From NCBI RefSeq assembly GCF_963921235.1, contig NC_086118.1, positions 21,082,001 through 21,146,000 of the forward strand: a stretch of DNA of 64,000 nt, in the 5' to 3' direction. The DNA is from Mobula hypostoma. Taxonomy: Eukaryota. Of this stretch, positions 1-12,999 are shown piece after piece. How positions within the stretch are numbered: position 1 is the stretch's first letter; every line of letters starts with the position of its first letter. The notes below the pieces were generated by a model, which saw only the letters and a list, made by a program, of their open reading frames with translations, did not search any database and was not told the origin of the DNA. A program made the position numbers and the translations under genes.

Positions 1-1558
1 CACGTGCAGTGTCGGAATTAATAAAGTGTTAACACATGTAGAGTTCATTGGGATGAATTGGTCTTTGGCCTGAGATATTGATTCCATTCTTCTTTTCACA
101 GATGCTGCCAGATATGCTGATATTTTCCAGAATTTTCCATTTTGATTTCAGCACTCATTGGCTTCGAAGCACACAATCATTGCCAGAGCTAGGCAGTGCT
201 AAAAATGAAATCAAAGCTTCCAGAAATTCCCCTTACAAAAGGTGCTGATATAAATAGTTTTGTGCACCGTTCAACTGGCTTAACGAAAATTCCTTCATAC
301 CATTCACACAGACAACTGTGGACAAGTGACCGGCAACAAAAGGACCACATTACAACTACTTTGCACAGACCTATTTTGTTAGCTTTTCAGTAGCAACACA
401 CGTTAATGTGGAACCCTCGTCATATTCAAAGGTTTGCTTGTATATCATAATTCTACTGTCACAGTGACAATAAGCACAAGACAATCCAATTTATTATGCT
501 GTTATTAATATTTTTCATAGAATGGTTCAGCAAAAAAATACATTTAGTGAGATTACACAGTTCATCTGAATTAAAGAGTCTGATTTAAAAAAAATCTGTT
601 TTGCATCACTTGCAAATTTAAATTATTATTCTGTGTTCATATGGAAATGAGCATTTTCTATACAAAATGATCGCACTTTCTTTAGTGTGTGAATAAATAT
701 GCTAATTGCTTAGCTGGACAAGAGCATGAATTATGCTGAATTCACTGATGTACAGTCAGCTAACCTTTTGCAACATGATCTCAACGCACATGCTGATGTC
801 CCTAATTCACTGCATTATGCTGATATTTTTCTGACAAATTCGAACTACTTTTGTTTAAGTTCACCAAATCAGATCAGCTGACAAGGGTTCCTTCGTTCTG
901 GCGATGTTCTCGAGGGGATGATTGTTCACCTTGTTCCGTCAGTCTGCACAGGAGCTGATAGTCATTTCACATTCTGTGTGATTGTGCCAAAGGTAAATTT
1001 TGTTCTTGTCTTTTTGCAGCTGTAGACATGCTGGACCACACTGACTTCCGCCAATGACACTGAAGCCTCTTTCACCTGGGTGGGACTGGACAGACCTACA
1101 TCTAGTCTACTCTACCCACTCACAGCTGAGAATCATCTCTTCCAACATATTAACCTACTATCCTCAAAAATCTATCCCTGCCCTTATGAGAGATTGAAGT
1201 ATGTCGGAGTTCAGCGAGGCCTGGCTGTCCTTGCACATGACTCTTGAAAGTTAACATGAGGGTTTGGAAAGCAAAAGGGAACATTAGGATTTACAACCTG
1301 AAGATTTGAGTACATGAAAAGAGATGTCTTGCTTCAATCTTTTGCTTCTGGAACAAGGTGTTTACAATGGCCTCTCTATATACAAAAGATATGGGTGGCA
1401 CCGTAGTGTAGCAGCTGGCATAATGCTAATTTAGCACCAGCAACCCTGGTTCAATTCTACCACTGTCTCTAAGGGTTTGTACATTCTCCCCGTGACTGCG
1501 TGGTCTTCCTCTGGGCGCTCTGTTTTCCTCCCGCATTCCAAAGGTGTATGGGTTAAGT

Positions 1559-2671
1559 TAGTGTTGGCGCGTGGCCAAGTGGTTAAGGCATTCGCTAGTT
1601 CGAGCCTTGGCTGAGGCAGCGTGTGTGTCCTTGAGCAAGGCACTTAACCACACACTGCTCTGCGACGACACCAGTGCCAAGCTGTATGGGTCCTAATACC
1701 CTTCCCTTGGACAACATCAGTGGTGTGGAGAGGGGAGACTTGCAACATGGGCAACTGCTGGTATTCCATACAACCTTTCCCAGGCCTGCACCCTGGAAAC
1801 CTTCCAAGGAGCAAATCCATGGTCTCATGAGACTAACATGATCTCATGTGAAGTTATCCACTTTGGTGGCAAAAATAGGAAAACAGATTATTATCTGAGT
1901 GGTGGCTGATTAGGAAAAGGAAAGGTGCAACGAGACCTGGGTGTCATTATACACCAGTCATTGAAAGTGGGCATGCAGGTACAGCAGGCGGTGAAAAAGG
2001 CGAATGGTATGCTGGCATTTATAGCAAGAGGATTCGAGTACAGGAGCAGGGAGGTACTACTGCAGTTGTACAAGGTCTTGGTGAGACCACACCTGGAGTA
2101 TTGTGTGCAGTTTTGGTTCCCTAATCTGAGGAAAGACATCCTCGCCATAGAGGGAGTACAAAGAAGGTTCACCAGATTGATTCCTGGGATGGCAGGATTT
2201 TCATATGAAGAAAGACTGGATGAACTGGGCTTGTACTCGTTGGAATTTAGAAGATTGAGGGGGGATCTGATTGAAACATATAAAACCCTAAAGGGATTGG
2301 ACAGGCTAGATGCAGGAAGATTGTTCCTGATGTTGGGCAAGTCCAGAACAAGGGGTCACAGTTTGAGGATAAAGGGGAAGCCTTTTAGGACCGAGATTAG
2401 GAAAAACTTCTTCACACAGAGAGTGGTGAATCTGTGGAATTCTCTGCCACAGGAAACAGTTGAGGCCAGTTCATTGGCTATATTTAAGAGGGAGTTAGAT
2501 ATGGCCCTTGTGGCTACGGGGTTCAGGGGGAATGGAGGGAAGGCTGGGGCGGGGTTCTGAGTTGGATGATTAGCCATGATCATAATAAATGGCGGTGCAG
2601 GCTCGAAGGGCCGAATGGCCTACTCCTGCACCTATTTTCTATGTTTCTATGTTTCTAACGGATGCCTGTAA
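1559..2671 (+). mobile_element. tRNA-derived CORE-type SINE inserted in the V-SINE, itself split by a CR1
   Basis: A-box TGGCCAAGTGG, B-box GTTCGAGCC, CORE-like gtgtccttgagcaaggcacttaacc. 12-bp TSD TATGGGTTAAGT at 1547-1558 and 2672-2683. A second copy is at about 54018-54303. Confidence 0.8.
1846..2657 (+). mobile_element. Young 5'-truncated CR1 LINE (RT C-terminus plus 3' UTR)
   Basis: ORF 1925-2560 QRDLGV...LVRPHLEYCVQFW...RRLRGDLIETYK...FFTQRVVNLWNSLP. Tail (TTTCTATG)n. CTAAC is duplicated at both junctions. Confidence 0.95.
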
Positions 2672-3008
2672 TATGGGTTAAGTAGGTCAATTGGTCAGAT
2701 GGGTGTAATTGGAGACCTTGGGCCTGAAGGCTCTATCACTCGGCTGTATGTCTAGCTAAAACAAAAATCAAGCAAAAGATACACTTGCCAAAGAGAGAGA
2801 GCAACAGAAGTTCACCACTTTATTTTAGGAATGGTGTATATTGATCTGCATTCCCTTGATTTTAGAAGAATAAAAGCTGAACTTATTTAAATATGTAGAA
2901 TTCTTAATATATGGAGCAGATATGTCCAGAACCAGGGGATGCGGTCTCAGAATAAGAAGTTGACCACCCAGGTTAGAGTTGAGAGGAAATCATCACTTGT
3001 GATGAGCT

Positions 3009-3157
3009 ACAACACACCAGAACTGCCGGGGTAAGTCAACAGGTCTCAGCTCGAAACATTGGCTGTTTATTTCCATCCATAGATGCTGCCTGACCTTCTG
3101 TGTCCCTCCAGCATTTTGTATGACTTGCTCAAAATTTCCAGCACCTATAGAATTTCT
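3009..3157. mobile_element. Decayed inverted PLE pseudo-LTR dimer
   Basis: Short minus arm (acaacacaccagaactgcc...caggtc) fused to a plus arm (ggtctcagctcgaaacattggctg...agatgctgcctgacc...tttccagcacctatagaatttct). Confidence 0.55.
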
Positions 3158-3359
3158 GGCACCACTCTGAGGGCAGTGGAGTCTCAGTTGCTGAGAATGT
3201 TCATATCAAAAGTCAATAAACTTTTAGATTTCAGGGGAATCAAAGGAAAGGGAAGTGGTACTGAGGTTACAAAACATTTTGAGAACGATGGAGAAGCACA
3301 AAGGGCCTAATTGCCTCCTCTTCCTTTTTTTAATATACATTCCTTAATTCTCATTAATG

Positions 3360-4140
3360 CTGTGCTCTTCAGCAACATAATCCAGAAGCCCGGGGCTAGC
3401 TTTCTTTGTCAGTACTGATGACACTTAATTACGCCTTACCAACCCCTCTCCTAACACCTCCAAAACTTCTTCACAGTCAGGCTGCTTGTCCAAAGGCCAG
3501 CTCTTGGAGCAAAGAAATTTCCTCCAATTAAATACAGCAAAGACCAAAGCCTTTGTTAGCTGCTCCTTCCACCATCTCTGGTCCTAGCCACTGATTCACT
3601 GTTCTTCTGGCAACCACCACAAGGCAGAATTGGAATGCAAACTTGGTGTCAGTGTAAGCTCAAGGTGAGACACAAGCCATATCTCTGTCAGCTTTGTTCC
3701 TGCCTTAGCCGACATGTTGCTCACACCCTCCTTTACATCACTGTTACTTTTATACTTGACTACTACAATGCGTAGATAGTTGGTATCTTTCATTCTACTA
3801 TATGGATGAAGCTATTAAAAAATTATTCAAAACAAACCCTATTCAGCATTACCTGATTTCGTACTGGCTGAAACAGGTTGCCAAAATTTGAATGCACATC
3901 CCCACTTTTGTAATCAAATTCCTCTGAGTTCTTACCTCTCTTAACTCTATTAGCTCACCCAATCATACAACTGTCAAATATACCTTCACTCATTTAATTC
4001 TGGCAAAACCCTGACCTTAATCACTCCAGTATTGCTCTTGGCTACCAATACTCAAAATTCCTAACCTAAAACTCCCCACATCTTTACTTTCAGATAATTG
4101 TTAAAACCTACTTCATTTGATCAGACTTTTGGTTATCTAT
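3360..4140 (+). mobile_element. Ancient L2-like LINE remnant
   Basis: aatttcctccaattaaatacagcaaagacc translates to NFLQLNTAKT (L2 RT motif). ttaaaacctacttcatttga resembles the L2 C-terminal LKTYLF motif. Highly decayed. Confidence 0.45.
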
Positions 4141-4413
4141 CTTGGACTTTACAGTGGGGTGCTAATTCTTGGATTTATCACCCACAGCAGTCCCTCACAT
4201 ACCCAACTGTCCTCCCACCTTAGACAAATCCAGACTGAAGAAGTTCCTAGATAGTGAGGCCCTTCTTGACAGAACTACAGTGGTTGACCAAAGCAAGAGC
4301 CAACAACAAAACCTGAGAAAACCTTCAATAAACAACAAAATCACACCACAGCTTAGCCATCTGTCAGAGCTGTCGCATTTTTTGTTTAACTTTCTAAGTA
4401 TCCCTGACAATTA

Positions 4414-4765
4414 ATCAGAATCAGGTTTAATATCACTGGCATACGTTGTGGAATGTGTTGCCTTTGTGGCATCAGCACAATGCTATATATAATAATGTTG
4501 AAAAAATGTGAATTACATTAAATAAATAAACAAACAAACATACATACATACATATATATAAATTAGATCAGTGCAAAAATAAAAATAAATATTTAGTGAG
4601 CTTCATGGGTTCAATGTCCATTCAGAAATCGGATGGCAGAGGGGAAGAAGCTGTTCCTGAATCACTGAGTGTGTGCCTTCAGGCTTCTGTACCTCCTCCC
4701 TGGTGGTAATAATGAGAAGAGAGCATGTCGTGGGTGATGGGGGTCCTTAATAATGGATGCTGCCA
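4414..4765 (-). mobile_element. Rex1/Babar LINE 3' fragment
   Basis: Tail atcagaatcaggtttaatatcactg and body ggggaagaagctgttcctgaatc...aggcttctgtacctcctccc are shared with the long Rex1 copy at 54515-57290. Confidence 0.75.
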
Positions 4766-6989
4766 TCATTAACATTTAGAAACATTCATGGGCAATTAAA
4801 AGTGCAAGAACAACAAAAATATTTAACGGTCATTACACATATAAAAATTCACCGAAAACATTTTAAAAAATAATTAATATTAGAGAAAACAAGTATCAAG
4901 TAAGTTTTCTGGTTCTTAGTTACACTAAAGATGAACCACCTCCAGGATCTTGCCCCAAAGTGCAGCTGACCGTGACTAAATATTGGGAACTCCACCATGA
5001 TGGTGCTTTGCTACTTGGCTCTGTGTGCAGCCCACTGACAGATTCACTGGCATGTGTGGGATTTCCATGTTTGGAAATGCATGTGCTTCAGTCTCAGACT
5101 TGTTGTCATGGTCTTGGATAAATGCTAGCAGTAACACAACTACTCACAAATTCCAGGTCAATATTTCTTTTTTATGCCTTATTGTCAGATGTTGTGTAAT
5201 AATTCGCCTTGGGACATTTTATTACATCACAAGCGTATGGTGCATTAGAGTTGTTGCCATTTAATTTATTTTTCTATTTTATTTCCTTAACATATTATTA
5301 TTTCTGCCTTCCCTTACTTTCAGACTCAGACTGATTCAGTTTCCACTTCAAAATTGAGTATTTGCAGCACCTTAGGTCAACCCAACCTTTAACTGACCAT
5401 AATGAGCTGGAGGAATGTGTTCATGCCAAATTATAGTGAGCTAACTGGGGCTGTAGGTAGAGTCAACTTACTCAGCACAGGGCAGGGATCAAAGCTAGGG
5501 AATTCCTGGGTGGTATGATTTTATACTTCATAGTATAGCACATTTACCATTCACAGAACTATGCATGCGTATTTTTTAAGCTGCAAACAGCACTTGGAAC
5601 TTTTATGCAAACATAATGATCTGTTCAGACAGATTTAATATCATAAACTCTCAGTTCACTAAGTGTCTAGATATTCAAGACAAATTCTGTACTGATTAGC
5701 TCCCAGTTCAGAGAATCTTTCGATTAGAGCTCAGAGCAGAAGCCTGGCATTGCGCTGTTTTGACTTAATCTGACTGCGTTCCTGTTGAATCAGGTGTTAA
5801 GCAGTGGGCACTCAGGACTGCTGAATAAATCTTCCCATCTGAGTCTTTGAGAGTGTGCACAATTCTTTTATTGTTCTTGCTAACCAGAAAATCTAAGGAA
5901 AGTCATAAAAGGGTTAATGCTTCCCCCATAAAACTTAGATGCCAATAACTGAAAAAGCAATTTTTTTCACAAAGCAACTAGGTTATTTTGTGGAGTTTAA
6001 TTAAATAGAAAAAATCACTTCCCTGCAGATTTTCATAATTCTGCCTCCCAACAGGGGATAATTGAAAAATGCGGCAGAATGGATTCATGCTGTGTTAAAG
6101 GAGGTCTATAGAGAGGACACTGAAAGAGCTGGATGCACACGCTTCTGAGTTGGCAAACTCAGTTGTAAGGAGGGAATGAGAGAAAGGGGAGTTGTAACTG
6201 GCCTCCTGCTATTGAAGTCTGCTTGAATGGGCCACAACCCAATGAGTGTTTTGTCCACTGAGCAGCAGGCAGCTCAAGGAGTAGAACAAAAAAGGCGTTG
6301 AAAATTTTGCATCATCGCTACTTGAAGTAAAATATCAGCATTATGAAACCAAGGATTACTGCTTGTAGTTTGAATGAAATTAACGTGCACCTCTGAGGCA
6401 CAATTTTCTTTCTATTGATTTATTGAAGGCACTAATCTGTTTATTTTAAATAGATTAACATGTCCATTGGAATAATGATCAAAAATATTCAGTTGTACGG
6501 AGATCTGCTAATACTGGAGAAAGTATTTCACAGAGTGTGGTATTATTAAATTAACAATTTGAACAAGCTTTGGTTGAAGTTCCATATTAATTCATAATAA
6601 CCTCTATTTTTAACTTGTGGAATGTCTTTATCAACAGTTCAAAGAAGGTCTATTTATGAATCTGGCCCTGAGTACCTGGCAGCTTAGGTTAATGAAATAG
6701 TTTGAAGAGCAGTTTTTTAATCTGTTCAAGAGTTTGGTTTGGGTGGAGATTATTGCTGAATTTGTTGAGAGTGCTGTGTGCAGTATCTCAGATGATTGCA
6801 ATGGAAACATTTTGCAATTCCATCTCCTTTGTAGCTCCTCTGCCCCATTTGGTCTTGATGAAATGCAATGGCTACATGCAGATAACACGGAGTAAAGACC
6901 ACTGATTTGGATTCACTGAGAACAGATCAGTGATTTGGAGGCCATATTAGTGTGGAAATATGGTTATCAGTTATCTTTGATGTCTGTAG

Positions 6990-7288
6990 CACACTGACAC
7001 AGCTGCCTCTCGGCACGAGAGAACCGGGTTTCAACCCGACCTCGAATGCCGTCTTTGTGGAATCTGCACAATCTCTCTGTAACTGTGTGGGTTCCCTCTG
7101 TATGCTTTGGTTTCCTCCCAAATCCTGAAGATATGAGAGTCAGTAGATTAATTGGCCTTATAGTGTAGGCAAGTGGTGAATGTGGGAAGAATAAAAATGG
7201 AATTAATGTAAATGGGTGGCTGATGGCCAACACAGACTCACTAGGCTGAAGGGTCTGTTTTCTTGTTGTATTGCCCTATGACTCTATG
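6990..7288 (+). mobile_element. V-SINE/HE1-like SINE with a CR1-type tail
   Basis: gctgcctc...ccgggtttcaacccgacctcg...tgtggaatctgcac...gggttccctc...ggtttcctcccaaatcc, tail ggctgaagggtctgttt...ctatgactctatg. Confidence 0.7.
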
Positions 7289-7325
7289 AAAGCAGACAGT
7301 AACCTATTGTAAGCCCTTCTTGTAT

Positions 7326-9037
7326 CACACACAAAATGCTGGAGGAACTCAGAAGGCCTGGCAGTACCTATGGAAATGAATAAACAGCCAATGCTTTGTG
7401 CTGAGACCCCTCTTTAAGACTGAAGAGGAAGGGGGGAAGATGTCAGAATAAAAAGCTTCGGGGAGGGGATGGAGGCTAGCTAGAAAACGATGGGTGAAGC
7501 CAAGTGGGGTGGGAAAGGTCAAGGGCTGGAGAAGAAGGAAGCTGATAGGAGAGCAGAGTGGACTATAGGAGAAAGGGAAGGAGGAGGGGACCCAAGAGGG
7601 AAGTGATAGGCAGGTGTAGAGAGGTAAAAGGCCAGAGTGGGGAATAGAAGAAGAGGGGAGGGGGAGGGAAAAAACTTTTTACCAAAAGGAGAAATCAATA
7701 TTCATGCCATCAGGTTGGAGGCTACCCAGGTGGAATATCAAGGGTTGCTCCTTCACCCTGAGGGAATTGGAATGGGGCAATTCACAGTGGGTCTGGGAAC
7801 TGGAATTAGAATGCTTGGCCACCAGGAAGTCCCACTTTTGGCAGATGGAGCAGAGGTGCTCGATGAAGTGGTCCCCCAATCTACGACGGGTCTCACCAAT
7901 GTAGAGGAGGCCTTATTGGGCGCACTGGACGCAATAGAAGACCCCAGCAGATTTGCAAGTGAGGTGTTGCCTCAATTGGAAAGACTATTTGGGGCCCTGA
8001 CAGGAGGTGAGGGGAGAGGTGAATGGGCAGGTGTAGCACTTGGGCTGGTAGTAAGGAGAAGTGCTGGGAGGAAGATTAGTGGGAAGGGACGAATAGACAA
8101 GGGAATCACGGACGGAGAAATTCCTGCTAAAAATGGCGGGGGGGGGTGGAGTTAGAGCGAGAGGAACTTTATCACTGTTAAGGCGTTGTGAAGATGGGGT
8201 AAGCACAGATATACAGGAAATGCGGGTGAGGGCAACATCAAGAGTGGCAGAAGGGAAACCCTGTCCCTTGAAGAAGGAAGACAACTCTGATATTCTGGGA
8301 ACAGATGCAGTGGAGGCAAAGGATCTGGGAAAAGAGAATAGCATTTTTTACAAGAGATAAAGTGGAAAGAGGTATGGTCAACAGAACCATGGGAACTGGT
8401 AGGTTTATAAAAGATGTCGGTTGACAGTTTGTCCAGAGATAGAGATGGAGAGATTGAGAAAGGAGAGGGAGGTGTCAGAAATAGACCAACTGAATTTTAG
8501 GGCAGGGTGAAAGTTTGAGGCAAAGTAGATAAAATTGACAAGCTCAGCATGAGTGCATGAAGCAGCACCAATGCAGTCGTCAATGTTGTGGTGGAAGAGT
8601 TGGGGAATATTACTGGGGAAGGCTTTGAAAATGGACTACTCTGTGTAGCCAATAAAGAGACAGGCACAGCTGTGGCCCATGCAGGTGCCCATGGCTACCC
8701 CCAAGTCTGCAGAAAGTGGGAGGACCCAAAGGAAAATTTGTTGAGGGTGAGAACCATTTCGGCCAGACAGAGGAGTGCGGTGGTGGAGAGGAATTGATTG
8801 GTTCTTTCGTTAAGAAAGAAGCAGAAATCTTTGAGGCCTTCTTGATGAGGACAGAAGTGTATAGGGATTGAACATCCATGGTGAAAATGAGGCAGTCAGA
8901 GCCAGGGAATTGGAAGATACTGAGGAGATAGAGAAATATAGTTGGAAAGGGACTTAATCAAGGGGAATAGAATGGAATTGAGGTATAAGGACATGAGTTC
9001 AGTGGGGCAGGAGCAGGCAGAGACAATAGGCAAAACT
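7326..9037 (-). mobile_element. 5'-truncated Penelope-like element (RT, GIY-YIG, pseudo-LTR), decayed
   Basis: Minus-strand fragments PIVSACSCPTEL, MDVQSLYTS, GDHFIEHL...KEQPLIFHLGSLQPDGMNIDF. 10-bp TSD CTTCTTGTAT at 7316-7325, with the right copy split by the LTR. Confidence 0.9.
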
Positions 9038-9042
9038 CTTCT

Positions 9043-9987
9043 TGAGTCCGTATTCCGGTTCACGGTCCGGTCCATCGACCCTTGCTCCAGGTTTTCCTCT
9101 CTACCCTGTTTCTGTTCTTGTTGAGCTAATTGAGGCAGCTGATGCTCGTTGGGGCTGGCTGCATAAATACCTTCAGAGACCAGGGCGTGGCTGCTGGATT
9201 GTTCTTGTCCTTACTCCTTGTATCCCTTCCTTTGCCTTCTGTTTCCTTGCTTTGTCTTGCCGGTAACTCCTGCCTCACCTGAAGTTCTCGTTTCGCCTTG
9301 CATTGCCTGAAGCCTTGTCTTGTCTTGATGGTAACTCTCACCTCGTTTCGCCTTCAGTCTTGTCCTGGAGCCACCCCGTACCTAGCTCCCTTCTTGTCCC
9401 TTGCCTCCGTTGGGTAAGTCAGGTTGCCTTGCCATTACCCTGCGGCTGGTTCTGTCCCTTCTTGTCCCTTGCCTCCGTCGGGTAAGCCAGGCCGTCTTGC
9501 TGTTGCCTGCTGTGGGTTCTGTCCCTTCCTGTCCCTTGCCTCCGTCGGGTGGTGATCCGCGCCCTGCCCAGGAGTAGCCTCCAGCCTCAAGTCTTTAGCC
9601 TAAAGCCTGAAGACTCCAGCCTCCCTCCTGCCAAGCCTCGCCTCAAGTCTCTAGCCACAAGCCTGAAGCTCCAGCCTCCTGCCTCCTGCCAAGCCTCGCC
9701 TGTAGCCTCAAGCCTGAAGACTCCAGCCTCGTCCTGTCTGCCAGCCAAGCCTCGTCCTTGCCTAGTTCTGGGGTCTGAGCCAGCGGCAAGACCCAGGTAC
9801 TGGGTCCTTGTCCAGTCTCTGGCTCGGAGTCCAAGCCCGGGCTTCTAGCTCTCTGGTCCAGTCCTGTTCCAGGTTCCTGGTTTTCGTGTCCATGTCCTTG
9901 CCCTCACCCTGTATCCTAGTCCTGTCCCTAGTACTTCAGTGTTTGTGTCTTGCACTTGGGTCCATTCCTAGCCACCTCCTTATGACA
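9043..9987 (+). mobile_element. Solo LTR (945 bp), probably Gypsy-type
   Basis: TG...TGACA termini and 5-bp TSD CTTCT at 9038-9042 and 9988-9992. TATA-like CATAAATA at about 9162. Internal tandem repeats. Strand inferred from the TATA-like box. Confidence 0.8.
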
Positions 9988-11186
9988 CTTCTTGTATGGC
10001 GCTTGGGAATGAGGAGGCTCTGATCTGAACCTAAAATAGAATAGCCCATGAATCACTCAAGCGCTGTAAGATTGTAGCTCTCATCTGACCTGTCATTGTG
10101 TTCCAGGGCAGATAACACATAAATTATGTATTTTGCTCTTTATAATGGATCCAGGAATATACTGATAACTTAAATATAATTATAGGAAAAGTATGAAATG
10201 CAGAAGTTATACTGCAGAGTGATCATGATTTAAGCTGATGATTCAACACACTCTGACTGCAATGACCTGCCTCTGAGTCATATTCATGTGTCAATCTGAG
10301 GAAATTTGCATAGCAGACTGTTTTCAACAGCCTTATCACCCACGTCTTTGGGTCTTTATATAGCAAAACACCTTGAGGAACATCTTGTGGAAGATTGCCA
10401 AAAATATCTTCATGCAACTTCAGACAAGTTCGACAACCACACATCAAGAATGGTGAACCCCTTAATGGATATAACAGATTTTGGAAAGGTTCACCATAAT
10501 TAATCAATCACAGCATTGACTAACAGACACACTACATTATTAACATTTGGCTTAGAGGTATGTAACTGTACAATGCTTACTTAATCTTATCTTAAAAGTT
10601 CAGCAATTGCACAAAATGATTTCTTGTAGCAAACCATTCAGTGCTTTATTGCTCTATGCTTTCTTACTCAATAAAGCATAGGAGAAGGCCATTTAGCCCA
10701 CCATATCCAGACTAGCTCCCAGCAGAGCCCTGAGGCATAGGAAAGAGTATTTCCCTACCCACTTTATGAAATTCTATCAGAAAGTTTCGAAGTTTATTCT
10801 TTCCCCAATGTGACCATTAATGGTGCAAACAACATTTATAGTCTTTAAGAAAGCAGTGGTGTGCTGTGGTCTGTGTGTTTTATGAGCCCTTCACAGGGAG
10901 GGAATGTATGATTTTGGCAACAACCCTTTGTTGAAGATACTCCTCCTATGCTTTTAGGTTAAACTTCCAGGAATATGACCAGTGATGATAAAAGAACAAT
11001 GAAATGCTTTAAAATGAGGACCGCGACAGCAATGGCATTCAGTAAGATTGTGGACGTGGAGGTGCTGTTCAAGATGCCTGCAGTGTGTGAATGGCAGCAA
11101 TGCATTATGTAGATGGTACATGACTACAGCATGTCAGTGTCGGAGGAGATGTATGTTTAATGTAGTTTTGGGAGGAACGATCTAGA

Positions 11187-11265
11187 GCAGGGGTTCCCAG
11201 CCTTTTTTATGCCCTGGACCCCTACCATTAACTGCGGGCTCGATGAACTTATGATCCAGAGGGTT
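11187..11265 (+). mobile_element. hAT/Charlie-type MITE terminus
   Basis: CAGGGGTTCCCAGCCTTTTTT...TGGACCCCT resembles Charlie/MER5-type ends. The opposite end is degraded. Confidence 0.45.
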
Positions 11266-12999
11266 GTTTTTTATCGAAGATGTAATCGAGCTTCCTGATC
11301 GTTGATGGGTGCAGGTGGAGATTATTCCATCGTAATCATCAATGGTTGAAAGGCTCCAGAGAGTCAGGAGGTGAGCCATCCTCTGATATAGAGTGTCTTG
11401 TACTCATATCGCTGATCTACTTACATTTCTGCTAAGTGCTGCCTCTACCCAGATCGCTGCTCTTTGGGCATTTATTGCTGGCAATTCAATTCAATGTCAA
11501 GAGCTGTGTTTAAAGTCTTTCTCGTTCCTCCAGCATTTTGCTCACCATTGTCTGTTGGCTAATGCTTCTTTTGTTTCGTATGCACCTCATTATGCTTTAG
11601 TTGTATCAGGTTGGTACCTCCGTACTGGGTACATCTAATAATTCTCCATGCTCTTTTGGATTCACAAATTAATCAGGATTGGTTCTCTAGCTTGAGGACC
11701 TTTTAGGGCGGAATATGTTAGCTCATGAGGTGAAATTCAATTTTGTCAAAGAGTCATAGAGCATGGAAATAGGCCTTCTCAACTCAACTTGTCCATGTTG
11801 ACTAAGTTGTCTGGCGAATGAGTCCCATCTCTGTGGATTTTAAACGTGCCTGCCTCATCTACTATTTCTGGCAGCTCATTCCAAATACATTCTAGCCTTG
11901 AACACTGTGCAGGAGCTTCTCAGGGCAGTGTCATAGATCAGCCAACTTCAGCTGCTTCTGTCATGAAAAGAAGTGGTCCCACCTCTGACCCTTAGAGAAC
12001 ACCACTAGTCATTGACAGGCAACCAGAAAAGGTGGCCTTTATTCCCACCATTTGCCTGCTGCCAGTCAGCCAATCTGCTATCCATTCTAGTATCTTTCCT
12101 GTAGTACTGTGGGCTCATGTCTTGTTAAACAGCCTCATGTGTGGTACTTTGCCAAACGCCTGCTGACAATCCAATTACACAACATCCACTGGCTCTCCTT
12201 TGTCTGTCCTACTTGTTATTTCCTCAAAGAATACTAACAGGTTTGTCAGATAAGATTTTCCCTTGAGGAAACCATGCAGACTCAGGCCTATTTTATCATG
12301 TGCCTCCATGTATTCTGGAACTTCATCCTTAATAATGGGCTTCAACATCATCCCAACCATTGAAGTTAGGCTAACTGGCCTACAATTTCCTTTCTTTTGC
12401 TGCCCTTCCTTCTTAAAGAGTGGAGTGATAGTTATAATTTTCCAGTCTCCGGAACCATTGCAGAACCTAGTGATTCCTGAAAGATCATGACTAATGCCTC
12501 CACAATCTCTTCAGCTACCTCTTTCAGAATCCATCTGGTCCAGGTGACTTATCTACCTTCAGACCTTTCAGTTTCCCAAGCACCTTCTCCTTAGTAATAC
12601 AAACTATATTCACTTCTGCCCATTGACACTCTCAAATTTCTGGCACACTGCTAGTTTCTCCCACACTAAAGACTGATACAAAGTACTTCTTAAGTTCGTC
12701 TGCCATTTCTTTGTTCCTCCAATTACTACCTCTCCAGTATAATTTTTCAGTAGTCCAATATTTACTCACGCTGCTCTTTTAGTCTTTTTATATTTGAAAA
12801 AAAACCTCTCTCATTCCTCTGTAATTCACTTTATACCACTGTAATGGTGATACATGACAAAAGCTAGTCCCTCTCAAACTGTGGGGCAAATTCTATCATA
12901 CTGTGATCACTGCCTCCTAAAGGTTCCTTTAACTTAAGCTCCATAATCAAATCTGGCTCATTACACAACATCCAATCCAGAATTACCTTTCCCCTCTTT

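Larger units (their letters stand above)
1393..2757 (+). mobile_element. tRNA-derived V-SINE/HE1-like SINE, split by a nested insertion
   Basis: tRNA-like head (ggtggcaccgtagtgtag...ggttcaattc) and V-domain-like tttgtacattctccccgtgactgcgtgg...ttcctcccgcattccaaa. Resumes at 2684. Confidence 0.7.
1185..3320 (+). mobile_element. Old, decayed CR1 3' fragment in two pieces (about 1185-1345 and 2770-3320), host to nested insertions
   Basis: Degenerate CR1 RT C-terminal-like sequence (gttcagcgaggcctggctgtcc..., tttgagtacatgaaaagagatgtc, gatacacttgcc...cagaagttcacc, tttagaagaataaaagctga). Boundaries approximate. Confidence 0.55.

Noticed and set aside
3853..3867. Possible 15-nt minus-strand microexon (ttcag|CCAGTACGAAATCAG|gtaatg)
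   Set aside because: It lies in a decayed L2-like remnant, has a poor pyrimidine tract, and has no counterpart in the B3GNTL1 protein.
5324..5392. Strong plus-strand acceptor followed by TQTDSVSTSKLSICSTLGQPNL*, considered as a TBCD terminal exon
   Set aside because: No other TBCD-like exons were found and there is no recognisable similarity.
9395..9760. Repeat array considered as CRISPR-like
   Set aside because: Vertebrate DNA, adjacent tandem units without unique spacers, and located inside an LTR.
10223..10507. Overlapping short ORFs on both strands
   Set aside because: No recognisable motifs or splice signals, and not the missing terminal exon.
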